Positions 25,146 through 37,957 of a DNA stretch of 64,000 nucleotides are shown here, in pieces (position 1 is the first letter of the stretch; each line of letters starts with the position of its first letter). Made by a program: the position numbers and the translations under genes. The stretch is from Phoronis australis. Taxonomy: Eukaryota; Animalia; Phoronida. The stretch covers positions 44,794 through 108,793 of the forward strand of contig NMRA01000890.1 of NCBI GenBank assembly GCA_002633005.1. The letters are read 5' to 3'. Below the pieces are notes generated by a model that searched no databases, was not told the DNA's origin, and saw nothing but the letters and a program-made list of their open reading frames with translations.

Positions 25146-27179
25146 TTGGCCTGTGTGAGTTTTGATGGAATAGGCCTTATAGTCTGTAGTCTTGACTGAT
25201 GTCGATTAGGGCTGATGGGATGGCGATACATTTTACTGTCTTCACAGTGGTTCTCGGCCCAGAAAGTAGACAATATGGCGATCCTATTTCTATTTGATAG
25301 GTCTTGTCAAGCAAAGCGCACACACTTGTCGTTGAAACATTAGATATCTTTCTGAGCGTTTAAGGATCGGAAGACCGAGGGAATTACTAAAGTTGTGTAT
25401 GCAGTCTTAAGAGACATCTTTACTTTCTGGTGATGGTTAAATAATCAGGGTGTCAAGTTGCATCCGATGTCTCGCGATATTTACCTCTTCAAGTTATTTT
25501 ACAAGCTTAGTCCAAGATACTGCTACTGAGAGGTTGGTTTCAGAAGATATGAGTTGGATATATATGGGTGTTGCGTTTCAGAAATATTTTCAGCTCGTCG
25601 CATCCAGGATGCATGAAGATATATCTACCACCTACTGTTTCTCATGTGTCCCTCGACGGTGCCCTTGCACCTAGAAATCTACCCCTATACCTCACCACTT
25701 CTCACAGGCGCTGGCCAAGATCCTCCCCCCAATTTTCGGGAAACATAATGGTACTGGCTTTAGTGTAACACAAGTTCCGGTGGGATGTTTTGCATTTTCT
25801 GAGAGCCCTGGCTACATGAATACAGTGCGATTTTTTTGTTTTTATTTGCCTCCGAGGACTGTTGTTCATTCAAATTACGAAATCATGTCTCTGCCACTTT
25901 CAGGGAAGCTAGTTGAAACTAGTTAATTTCTGAAGTAATGTGTACTTTCAAAATAAGTATGTGGATGGACGGATGTATGGATGGATGGAGAGATATTTAA
26001 CTATCTTTCTTATTTAGAAGTTTCAAAGTATGGACGTGAAGACAAATCTTAGTCTTCAGTCAAAAATGAATTTAAGTCAGTTTCTTGGAACGGGCCCCAG
26101 AACTCCCAAAATTATACTGCTGCGCATGCGTACAGTATCACTCAGCATTTCTACATGACTTTCCTAAATGCGTAACAATTGACCTATTTGGCCAACAAAG
26201 AATCCTGATAATTTTAAAGAAGTGGCGCCTAAGTGTCAACTTGTTTCAGAGCAAAGATTTCCAGAAAACGTTTACACCATAGCAACCAAACTAATGCATG
26301 TCCATAGAGGGTGTTAAAACGTTTTAATCTGTTGCAAACAGTTCTCAGCCAATATACAATACCTCAAATTACAAGTATATCCATATCGACGTGGCACTCC
26401 CTAGTAACGTTATTGCCACAGTAACAAGGTTTTCAGGCTGCTTGTATGGCATCTACATGTAGTATCATTTTAGAAATTATCAATTTAGGAATCCCACGAC
26501 TACTCGACATTGATGATTGTGATTGCGTCCACATTTCAGCATGTCGAATAAATACTAAATTAAAATGAACTGAGTGTGATAAATATAGATTATTACATGG
26601 CGAATTCGATCTCCCATATTCTAAATCCACGAGGGCTCTAGATAAGGGGGATTTCGATTGAGAACATGTAATAATCTATGTATACCACAAACTGAACGAG
26701 AAACATTGCAATGAATCGATCTACCTTTCTCGACTCGCCTCGGATTTGTAATTACTTTCTACTGTCCGGGGACGCAGGCCGTGACCTTTTAAGAAATGCC
26801 AAGCTATTTTTGTCAAATAATGCTTTTATTCAAAACCAACTGAAAATTTAAACAAAATAGAAATCAATGGAATCCATAAATTAAGGTTAAGCAACTATTA
26901 TAGCTTACTACACATTTCATCACACTAAGCTTCGACCGGGAACTATCGGCTGCTAAAGTAGGTTACCACTGGTAATAGAGCATAATTCTCAAGTCAAAGG
27001 ATCCCTTCGACACGATACCCGCATTCAAATTGGATGTCGGTGATTTACAAGTGAGAGAACATGACAGAAAAAACACTGAATTAAAATATTGTTTTTATGG
27101 AAATTAGTCTTATTTTCTACAACGTATAAATGTCGGTACAGTGTCCTTTGTTGAACATGTGATTGTTGCGCGTGCTCAT

Positions 27180-28861
27180 TTAAAAGAGCATGCCACCCAA
27201 AAAAAAACTAATTTGTATCAATTTAGATCGAGTAGTTCTACTCCATAACGACACGTACGGTTGCGTTACCTGACACCTGACGGCAGACGGAGGTGTTGAA
27301 ATTAACCAATGACGTCATCGGTTTCACACGCAGTCTGTTCAGCAGTTCACAACACGGGTTACTGGTGTCAGCTTATCGCTTGAAGTCATCGTTTAACACC
27401 AATAAATCATCAAACTTCGATGTAAAACCCTTAAAAATACACCGAGTTCTTATAAAAACGTGTTGTTTTATTTCGCTCTTACGGATTTATTGGTATTTGG
27501 ACACACCGTAGCCTACAAAGTTCGGCAGGCCAATAAGGTCCGTAGCAGGAGTTTGGGGTCTGTTCGGAGATAATTTCGAAGTATTTTCCGTGAGATACAG
27601 ACATGAGAACCTAGATTTGTGTTGTTTAGACTTGTGATTTTTTGAGTTCTAAACACAAAACGCTTGTTATCCTAGCCAGTGGCTGGGAGCCCGATCAGGC
27701 CCGTCGCGGCCGGCCGGATTCACTCGTTATCCCGGAAAGGCCAGTGGCTCGGAAACTGATCAGACATCACGAACATAAACCAGCCACAGTTCACTGGAAA
27801 CTAAAGTTCCAATCAAGACAATACTATACTAGTGAGCCAAAATAATGTGTACGTGATTATGTTGGTGAATTACCACTAAACTGCAAATCTATACTCGTCG
27901 AGGGCCGCGAATTCAGGTTCCGCTTTGGCCACAGCACCGTCAGGGCAGAAGTTGTCCAATGACAATCATTATTTGAGTAATGTAATTGTAAATAAAGATT
28001 CCCCTAACACCTCGCCGTGGGATGGAAATCGAGTTGTTTCACAATAGTTTCTGCCAGCAAACACTAAATTAGCATGAGCTCACACGGCCTCGGTGTCCCG
28101 TCAATTAGTTTTATTGCACATAAAGCCGGTAACGCAGTGATTTATTCAATACTGGCTTCTCAAATCACTTGCACTCACGAACACTCCAAAGGCATTACAA
28201 ATTGCATCGAATGAGACAGGCTCTGTTTCAGTTTTATTTAAGCATTGGTTAGGGTGAGAATAATTCATTTTGAAACAGAACGCTCAGTAATAAACGCCAA
28301 CATGGCAACTCGCAAACCCGACTTAGGACGAGCTAGAGCTCAAAGGTCCCGACTTCGCAGGTGGATCGTTAAGTTTTACAGGCTATCAATTGGAACAGGA
28401 ATACAGTGATGAAGAAATGCTAGAGATGCGCCGTGAACAAGCTCAGACAACGGAACGTATGGAGTTATTTGGTAAGCCGGCATTCGTCGGACGTCTCAGT
28501 GGATGCCACAGACACGGAGCTGTTTCACGGCCTCATACTTGCTATTTACAGCGTACATTTCATATTTCACTATCGTGAGCCACTCCTTAAGCATTTGGGA
28601 CTCTCGAAAAAGTAAAAAAAACGATATATCCGCTTTCCTCGCAGCTTCTTAGTTCGGACAAGCGAGAACGATGCACCGCAACACAGCGGCATTCACTCTG
28701 CATATGAACCACCTACGTCGCTAGTGTCGTTTCTCACCTTCTTCACAGCTTAGCGCGACACCTCTTGGCAAGGTAAGGTCGACCGTATGCGAGGCGATGT
28801 GGATATAGACCGATTAAGACGGCAAAAAAGACAAATTAAATCGGTTGGCATTCTCCTTTAA
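27180..28861 (+). mobile_element. Kolobok/T2-type non-autonomous DNA transposon, copy 2
   Basis: TTAA-aagagcatgccaccc ... ggttggcattctcct-TTAA; colinear with 14421-16100. Confidence 0.9.
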
Positions 28862-28883
28862 GTATTCTATTTTCACTCTCGAT

Positions 28884-28948
28884 GACGTGGTGCAGTGGTG
28901 AAGAAGGCGACCCGAAACTCATCAGGCCCGGGTTCAAAACCAGCCTCG
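28884..28948 (+). mobile_element. Degenerate tRNA-like SINE head
   Basis: A box TGGTGCAGTGG and B box GGTTCAAAACC. Confidence 0.4.
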
Positions 28949-29794
28949 ATTTCCCTCAAAAATGTTATCTCTCTAGTGAGATAACTAAATGGTTTATTAA
29001 ACGGTTGGATCGGCCATTCGGGGTTATTATTGCGGTATAATTATTTTCATTGGAAGAGGAAATAATTTTGTCAAATATCATTTAGATAAGACGACTACAG
29101 GAAAAAATTAATGAGTTTCTGCCAAGCTAATTTAAAGCAAGGCTTGATCTGAAATGCACATACTAACTTTCCCCATTAACCTAAGATAAGTCTCGTGTGA
29201 TACCCAGAACATGCGGTGCCTCTCCATGGTCACTGAAAGTGGGAGTCGAATGGCTCAACTTCTCGAATTTCGGTGTCATTTTCAGCGGCCCTCTTGAGGA
29301 GCGCTGCCAGTAATTAAATTTTTGAATGACCTTTTCCACAAAATGTTGTTTGATTTTAGACAGTTTTTAAGAGTTTATTTGATATTTGAATGAATCTGTG
29401 AGTTATTTATCATTACATTTATTTGTGAGTTCTATCTCACCGACAATTCAATACGGAGGCTGCCATTTCTTTATGTCACGCAATGCTTGAGCATGCTCAT
29501 GGTTGCCTTCGGTAGACCGAAAACGTTAGACCTTGCGCTTGCAGCGAAAATAGTCGATTTTGTAATCAAAACTGTAAACACCCAGTATCTCAGTATTCAA
29601 CGTTCCAGCGTCACAAGCCAGTTGTTTCTTTGTCTGTCACTTAATTAAGATGCATGTGCTCTAATAATGTCTTGAGTTTGGTCAAGAAACATTCGCCTTC
29701 CACTTGTGTGATTTTTCGGGGTCTTACGCGATTTCGATTTTCGAGCAAGAGACGTTAGCATCTACAATTTTGTGACAGCTTATTTAATTTTCAG

Positions 29795-30872
29795 ATTGTT
29801 CTGTATGCGGATGACACTGCAATACTGTCCACAGGCCAATCTCATCTCTGATTTAGAAATCATTTCAGATAGGCTTGTATGCAATAAATTATTCTTAAAT
29901 GTGTCAAAAAACTAAAACTCTTGTATTTGGCACGTCACAAAGACTTAGGAACCAAACCCTGACATTAAGTATGGATGGAGGACCAATTGAGAACGTGAAT
30001 TCTTTTAAATACCTGGAACTAATTTATGCTCAAAATCTTAAATTCTCTCACCACGTTGATTATATCTCGAAAAAGGTGTCTAAGAAAATTGGCGTATGGA
30101 AATACATCAGTAAATTTGTGAACAGAGCAACACTGAAAACCCTTTTTAATGCTATCATTCAACCTCACCTAGATCATGGCCTCCCGGTGTGGGGCGTTGT
30201 ATAAGGCAAGGATATGAAAACCGTCCAGGTTATCCAAAATAGAGCTGCCCGGATTATTCAGGGAGCTGGTTTTAGAGATATTAACATTGAACACCTTCAT
30301 AGAGAGACTGGAATCATGAAAATTCTTACAAGACATCAATTCCTATCTGTTTTTCGTCTTGTTCCAACCTACTTAAGTGCTAAGTTTAAGATGACTACTA
30401 ATAGCTGCAATACTAGGTCCTCATCATCACCAAATTTCAATCTTCCTAAAGGCAGAAACGAAACTGGGAAAAATAATTTTCTTACAGTGTGCCCTATTGA
30501 TGACACAGATTGAACTTCATGTAGTGTGTAAGAATGCATGTTTATACATGCGTGTATATTTATATGCTGTCCTACTTTTATTAATTATCTATTGCCTGTT
30601 TTTAATTATTTATATTTCTACTTTAGCTAATTATCTTGTCTTAATTTCTTTGTCTTCTATTTATCATATTTTTTATTTTGTAACATCAGTCTTTCTGTGT
30701 CAATTTCTCATTCTTACTTATTATTTACATATTGTCTTTCATTTTGTAATTCTGTTTTTGTCTTGCTATCTGTTTGTTTTTACTGAGGGTCCACATGGAA
30801 AGGAGTGTGAATGGATAGGGCTATTTTCATTGTAAATAATGCATAATAAATAAATAAATAAATAAATAAATA
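29795..30872 (+). mobile_element. 5'-truncated CR1/L2-group LINE (RT C-terminus, 3' UTR, tail)
   Basis: LYADDTAI; KTKTLVFGT...NSFKYL...HVDYISKKVSKKIG...QPHLDHGLPVWG...IQNRAARII, with frameshifts; ends in (TAAA)n. Confidence 0.92.
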
Positions 30873-33669
30873 CAAGTTTACATTATTTCTCTGGCAGAGA
30901 ATTGTTCTAACTACACTACACTTGTCTTTTGGAAAACCACTGTATCCCTTACATAGGTGATGAGTAGGCTAATGATACTGAGTGAACCGTGATTCCATCT
31001 TTGCCCCAGGTATGGATCAACAAACACAAAGAGGGCAGGTGCTCCATAATAGCAGAATGTAGAAATCCCGACCATTATCTATGCTGGGGAGGGAAGTTTT
31101 ATGTTAACGTACCGTGTAACAAAGACAGTAATTGCCACTGATATTGTGGATATAAGTTGAATCGCCATAAGCGTCACATGGAAACGTTGATTTAGACGGA
31201 ACGCAACTCTCATCCACTTCAGTGCACTATTGCCCAGTCGACATCACTTGTAACCCCGACAGCAATTTACCACTTACCAGCCCTTTATGGTCACGTCAGC
31301 AGGAAATTGAAATTTACTACGAGGGGGAACGCAAACGTAATTGTCTTTGCCAAACTTTTCAACGTGATCCCAACGTCAGATTCTTCGATATCTTCCAAGT
31401 CGTTGTCAAGTTCGCACCTCTCTAGCTAGGGCTTTGGAGGAGAAACCCCGAGGAAGTAGCCACCAGAAGCATTAGCATCCAACCTTCAACAATCTTTTTC
31501 AGAAAAAGGATAATCTTTAGACATGTGCGCGTTAGGAGATGACGTATTTAGTGAGTGGTTTACCCCTTTATGAATTTCACTTTATATGAGTGCCAAAAAG
31601 CTGTACTAGTACAATCATTTTCAGGGGTACAAAATAACGTGAGAAACCCTTACCACGAGCTGCAAAGTCTGGACAATTACGGAGAATGAAACAGCACCAT
31701 ATAGGAATGACTTTGGTATGGAACCTCGCCTCTGAAACAGCGGTAACAATGTTGCCTATTTTCGAGAATATTAGGCTTAGGGAGACTTGAGGCTATGCAT
31801 TGAATGGAATATTTTCATTTGTACGAATCCGTCGTCCTTGGTACACTGCCTAGAGGGCTGTTTCATAAACGTTTCTTGAAAAGGGGTTCCCATGTTTCCA
31901 TGTTGCTTTCTAACGCTTTCTGGACGAACATGCACGTGTAACTTTTACTGCTGTACATTGCATATTTCGTAATTATTATTAAAACGAATAAAAAATTAAC
32001 TGCTCGCGGAATTCATTGTCTGGCGTCGAAATCCACAAATTTCAGCCTGCGTTAAAGTTCAAGTTTCAAAACATCACTAATTTTTTACAACGTTACCTTT
32101 TAATAGAAAAAGATACAAATCAGTCTACCATAGATGTAGTAACACGTACATGTATATCAAAACCCGTGTAGGTTACCCGTGACCAGTTACTTATTTTGCG
32201 TATTCGTTTCATCATTTACTCACAGATAAAATATTTTTCNGTACAAAATAACGTGAGAAACCCTTACCACGAGCTGCAAAGTCTGGATAATTACGGAGAA
32301 TGAAACAGCACCATATAGGAATGACTTTGGTATGGAACCTCGCCTCTGAATCAGCGGTAACAATGTTGCCTATTTTCGAGAATATTAGGCTTAGGGAGAC
32401 TTGAGGCTATGCATTGAATGGAACATTTTCATTTGTACGAATCCGTCGTCCTTGGTACACTGCCTAGAGGGCTGTTTCATAAACGTTTCTTGAAAAGGGG
32501 TTCCCATGTTTCCATGTTGCTTTCTAACGCTTTCTGGACGAACATGCACGTGTAACTTTTACTGCTGTACATTGCATATTTCGTAATTATTATTAAAACG
32601 AATAAAAAATTAACTGCTCGCGGAATTCATTGTCTGGCGTCGAAATCCACAAATTTCAGCCTGCGTTAAAGTTCAAGTTTCAAAACATCACAATTTTTTT
32701 ACAACGTTACCTTTTAATAGAAAAAGATACAAATCAGTCTACCATAGATGTAGTAACACGTACATGTATATCAAAACCCGTGTAGGTTACCCGTGACCAG
32801 TTACTTATTTTGCGTATTCGTTTCATCATTTACTCACAGATAAAATATTTTTCGTCTCATTTTATCTTTATTATGAGCTCCTCTTTGACCAATGACGTTT
32901 TCTAATAATATAACAGAAAACTGAGCCCTCAATTCAATAATTAGGGACTAAGCTATTAAAGTAGGGGCGTTGAATGAAAATCTCAATAATATTGAAAATT
33001 TAGCTTATAATTCACTCTCGATTTGTGGCAAAGACAAACACATGTAATGACTTGGTAATGATACTCAAGCAGTATAAGAAAAGACATTTTTTGTTTTAAC
33101 ATACCCATTAGTACGCAAATATTTCAGGGAACTTATTCGGGACTGTTTTATGCAACCGGGCACTGAAAACACAAACTCGACATTTTGAGACGTCAAATGC
33201 TACCTTTGCAAATCCTAAAGGCACACACAACGCTTGAATTCGGTAACGAACTAAAACACATTTGAGATTAATGCAGGACGGGCTAGAGTTAAGTCTGTTT
33301 GGGTGTAGAACTGTCATGATCTGATATAAACAAATGCATTTTTATTCGAATTAATATTTTGTTTGACCTACCGCAAGACGTGACTAAAGTGTTAGCGTCT
33401 GGTCGCAACTTGTCTGCTTTCACCAGGCGTGCATACCGTAGACCAGAGAACATCGCAAAAAGCAAGGTCACGTAAGAACTTGCTAGAAATTTCTTCCCTC
33501 GCGAAATTCTTTCGTCTACAGAAATCACCTAGGTGTCAACAAGTTTCATAATTTAAACTTATTGTAGATTAAAATATCAGAAGAACATTCTCGGCTTGGT
33601 TCGTATCGATAGGCCCCTCCGTATAACACGCGTGCTACAGTTATTGATGAATAATAAAATACGCAATGT

Positions 33670-33988
33670 CCTAGGGCGGATACAGGATTATTATTTAGGG
33701 GGGCAAGGCAGAGTCATAACGCGAAGTTGTCGTGAGGACTCGATTGGGACCTCAGGGGTCTCACGCTCCACCGGCTAAATTGAAAAGGCTTTGTCCAGTC
33801 ACGCGTTGTGGATCATAAATCGAGATAATGATACCAACAGCTGACGCGACAAGCAGAACTACTTTCTTTTACTTCATTTGTGCACTAACTGGAGAAATTT
33901 AGAATTAGACTTTTAAACACTATCCGATCGTCAACTTTTTTCGGGAGACNTTAGGGGGGGGCATGCCCCCCTCTAAATCCGCCACTGA
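33670..33988. mobile_element. GC-rich-ended MITE (GGCGGAT...ATCCGCCACTG), with a gap
   Basis: agggcggatacagg at the left and ctctaaatccgccactg at the right; the same right end occurs at 55728-55745. Confidence 0.55.
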
Positions 33989-34449
33989 CTTATTGTCCGC
34001 GCTTCATTTCAAACCAATGTCCAAGCCCATTCACTGTACTACATAACACATGGGTACTCATGCAATTAATGGTCACAAAGGAAACTTTGATATTAACTTC
34101 AACTTACAGATTAAAAAATTTGATAACCATTATGAAATTCGGAGTTGTCTACTCAGTTAGTGAAAAGACGGATTCCCAGCCTTTGCTTTATGTGCAATCT
34201 ATATTTTGTGAAAATTGTGTAGATTAGGTGCTCAAGTGGAAAAGGCTTCAAGTTGCTGCAGAATTCACCAACGTTCTTTGACTGCCGTAAACCCGAGGCA
34301 GAGGATAATATTTCAGGAAAAATTACCGCTGTCTACAACATTATGCACACTGTGGCTGAGATCAATCAAACGAAGAAGGGTAATTGAATTAAACAGAAAA
34401 ATACAGTTTTAATAGCTATGAAATGTGTCACATCTATTTACAATACATC

Positions 34450-36020
34450 GGGTAGACGGAAGTAAAAAATCAATAATTCTACCCGAAACGTTGAGCGCCA
34501 GTGGCTATTACAGTACGCCCTATCGGTGCGCAAACAGAATTAAAGTGACGTTGTCGGCAAGATTACAAATTTGAGACAAGCCCCAGCGTTGAGTCAAACC
34601 CAAAAGTCTCACATTGCAGTCACACGCTCTGCTGACTGAACTCAAATCCATTCAGTACATAGTAATATTTTTTCAGGGTATTTAAGAGGCATTCCATATG
34701 AAAAACTAGAAGATTTTCAAAAAACAGCCACACCATGATTACAAACAGACGCCTAACGTGATTTTTGATTTCTATTAATTTTCTCCTGGAATCCCTCTTA
34801 CAAGTGCAACTACATGTATATTTGGCCTGCTCCTCATGGACTGCTTCAAACATTGCGCTTTGTGAAAGGCGATGTACTTACACGACCAAATTGCATCTCT
34901 TGTCTCCTCAATCTGGGGATATTGATGGGTTATACCATGGCATTAAACGTGGTGAGGATATAATCATAGGGAGCGTGGAATATTTATAGACATTCATGTC
35001 CCTCAGTTCATCTGGTTTTGATGAAACATTTGAGCTTGCAGACGCGAATATCTGGGCTGCACTCATCCAGGACCAGTTCAAAGAAGCGTTGTCTCGTTCG
35101 TGATGGTTGGAGGAACAAATGAATCTCATTGATGAGGTCAATCATGTTTCGGAGTGCTGGAACAGAGCACGGTTTGCCAATAGACAGGCTAAGGACATGC
35201 CAATTGAAGTGAGTTAACACGGATAGTGGGAAATCTCTCTGGATGAGGGCTCGAGCTCCACTCACATGACTCGCCGTAGCTGACGCCCCGTCGAACGACA
35301 GACCACGAAGGAGCTGCGGGTCTAGTGCATTGGCAATATCTTGTCCAATACTCCTTAAGTTTCTAGGTGGAAGAATTCAACGAAAAACTATTTACCAGAT
35401 TCCATAAGTATCTCTTCCCTCATCATCAACATGCTGTAATAGGACACTGTTGACAGTGGTGTAGGCCCTTCTTTAGGTTTGAGCTGTGCAATGACATCTA
35501 TGCTCTCGTTTTGTGCCGTTTTAGAAGCGTAACATTGACTCGTCTTTCCCTGCTCCAAGCATACTGTCAGTGATATAGCGCTTTTCGACGTGTGCTCTAA
35601 AATGGCAAGGAAATTACCCCTGTTCGTGTCTTTATCAGACGCGGCATCATTGCGGTGTCCTCTTAAGGACAGGCTTTGAATTCTACCGTGTCCACAACTG
35701 CGAAAGGATATGTTTAATTTTGTCACATAGTTCTTGTCGCTGCTTGTAAATTCCACTGTCAATTCTGCAGGTTTTTGCAATGTTCGATAAACTATTTACC
35801 AGCTACCATAACCTCGTGATGGAAAATGTGATTGTCATGGGAAGACGCGGGTAGACATCTTTCTCTTTTGCTTTACCTGAGCTCCTGAACGGGTACGCCA
35901 CCAAACTGCACGCAGCCACTCTTCCTTGCGGCTTAGCAAACCGGACACGGTATTGACAATAACCACCAGCTTCAGAAATGGAAGAAGCAAGGCACGGATA
36001 ATATCGTAACCATGGCTACT
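34450..36020 (-). mobile_element. Degenerate hAT transposase (ZMYM1/PRKRIR-like)
   Basis: LSLRGHRND...NRGNFLAILEH...YASKTAQNE; RGLSFDGASA...GARALIQ...HFNWHVLSL; stops and frameshifts throughout. Confidence 0.88.
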
Positions 36021-37957
36021 GGAATGTCAAGGGTACCTCCTTCCCCCATCCACGCACTTTATATGAATATTGAGCAAAATCGTAGCCTGTGTGTTTGCAT
36101 GTTACAAACTGAAATCTTTCACTGTCAGACAAAATCGAAGCGTTTCCACTCTCCACAATTACACCAATGTCATACATGGGAGGAGAGATTGTGCCATCTG
36201 GGACAGTACAGGGTGTACTGTTATATGGGTATGAGCGTTTTATCGGGGGAGAGGGTCATTCTGCAAAAAATCCGGTATAGAAGACGGCAGTGATACTTAA
36301 TGTGGGTAGGAAGACGGTCAGTTCTGAAGTCGGAAGCAGGGCATTTTTGCCGTTTATCAATAGAATGTGCCAAAGTGCTGAAGATTTGAACCTCAGTAAC
36401 AATGTCAAGGCTCTCTTGAAGGCTCTGACTGATGAAGCCAGTAGTTGTATGTAATCCAACAGTGGCATTAAAAAGCCTGTTAAGAAACGCGTCAAATTTA
36501 AACTTATCCCTTCGAAGCCGGGAATACTAACAGCAAAACCTGTGTCAAGAGTCCGAAAGGAGCAACGCTCAACTGTAGCATCCCAGGAGATACAACAGTG
36601 GTTAGTTTGTCTGCTGTAAATCTGGCTACGACTAAGTGCTTATTCATTAGTCCACCTGACAAAGATGTGTAGCTGGATTGAAACCACCAAGGTACATAGG
36701 CGCATTACTAACAATTGTTCTGGCCTATTTGACACACGACTAATGGTCCTGATAACAATAAATGGTAGCGGTCTGGTACAGGTACCGTTCGTGCGCAGGG
36801 AGCTTAGATAGGCCTGTTGTACCCATTCAACTGGAACCATGTTGATGCTTTATCACACAATAGTTAAAACAGAGTCGAGAATTAGATACCCGACTAAAGA
36901 TCTTACCACGGCCTCCGGATCTTGAGTAACGAAAGAGGGCGAACACCAGGAATCAGATAAGCGCAAAACGGTGGAAATAAGCGGATATTTATTCCAATCT
37001 GCTATGCCGCATCTCTTTTGTGCGTAAAATGTTATGCTTACTTTTATTAGGCTTCACTACGGCTTGTGACCTTTAATGTTTAGGGGCACTTCTCCGACAA
37101 TTTACCAATTGCTTGTCGTTGGATGAGTACACAAGGGAGAAATGATTTTGTTCTACGATTATTAAAATTTTCCTTACTTGCTGTATATGCAATGATCTAT
37201 GCATACGTCTTCACCAGAAAGAAACGAGTGCTTATAAGAACGTCTTTGAATCCGTATGTACACAATACTTCATTCTTTTAGCCTTGTAAACCCTCAACAG
37301 TTTTCAAAATCAATCACATCCCGGAACATTGGCAAAGTTCTGACACCTACAGTTGTGGCTAAGTAAAGATTTCATTTCCCAAGTAGTTCGTTTTTGTGTT
37401 TGACAAGTTACTAAACTGATCTCAATCGCTTGTGTGCCTAGATGTTTACTGAAGTACATGTACTTCATTTTTATCGTTTCTAACTAAGAGTAAGCAAAGC
37501 GCCTCACTGCCTTATCGCGGAACGAAATTCGCTTAATTTTTATCTCAATAAAGGATCTGCTTGAATGCTAAACAATAAGGCGCAACGCAATGCAAAGTTT
37601 TCCGCAATCCTACCGAAGTTTCATGTCTTGAACACATCCACTAACAAAAGAAACTGTAGGAACACCGAATTTATTCACCTTCACTCTTATCAGGCTTCAA
37701 TTGTGTGTCAGCATGCGTGAATAATTGTGTGATAAGTCACCTATGGAACTACTTTTGGCTGAATGGATGACCAGGTCATAAAATGATAATTAGCCAAGAC
37801 GAGTTAACAAATTGCCGACTTCATAAATGTGGTTTATCAAACCTGGTCTTCCTACAAATGGTCTAATTTTAGACCCAATTTGCATTTCACCAACGTAGTT
37901 TGAAAGTCTGAAAGCCTGGTTTTGTTAGACCAGGGAGCCGGTTTAGTAAAACCAGGT

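Noticed and set aside
36080-36500. Cys/His-rich stretch resembling a LINE ORF1 PHD finger
   Set aside because: Spacing is inconsistent and frames are broken; too weak to call.
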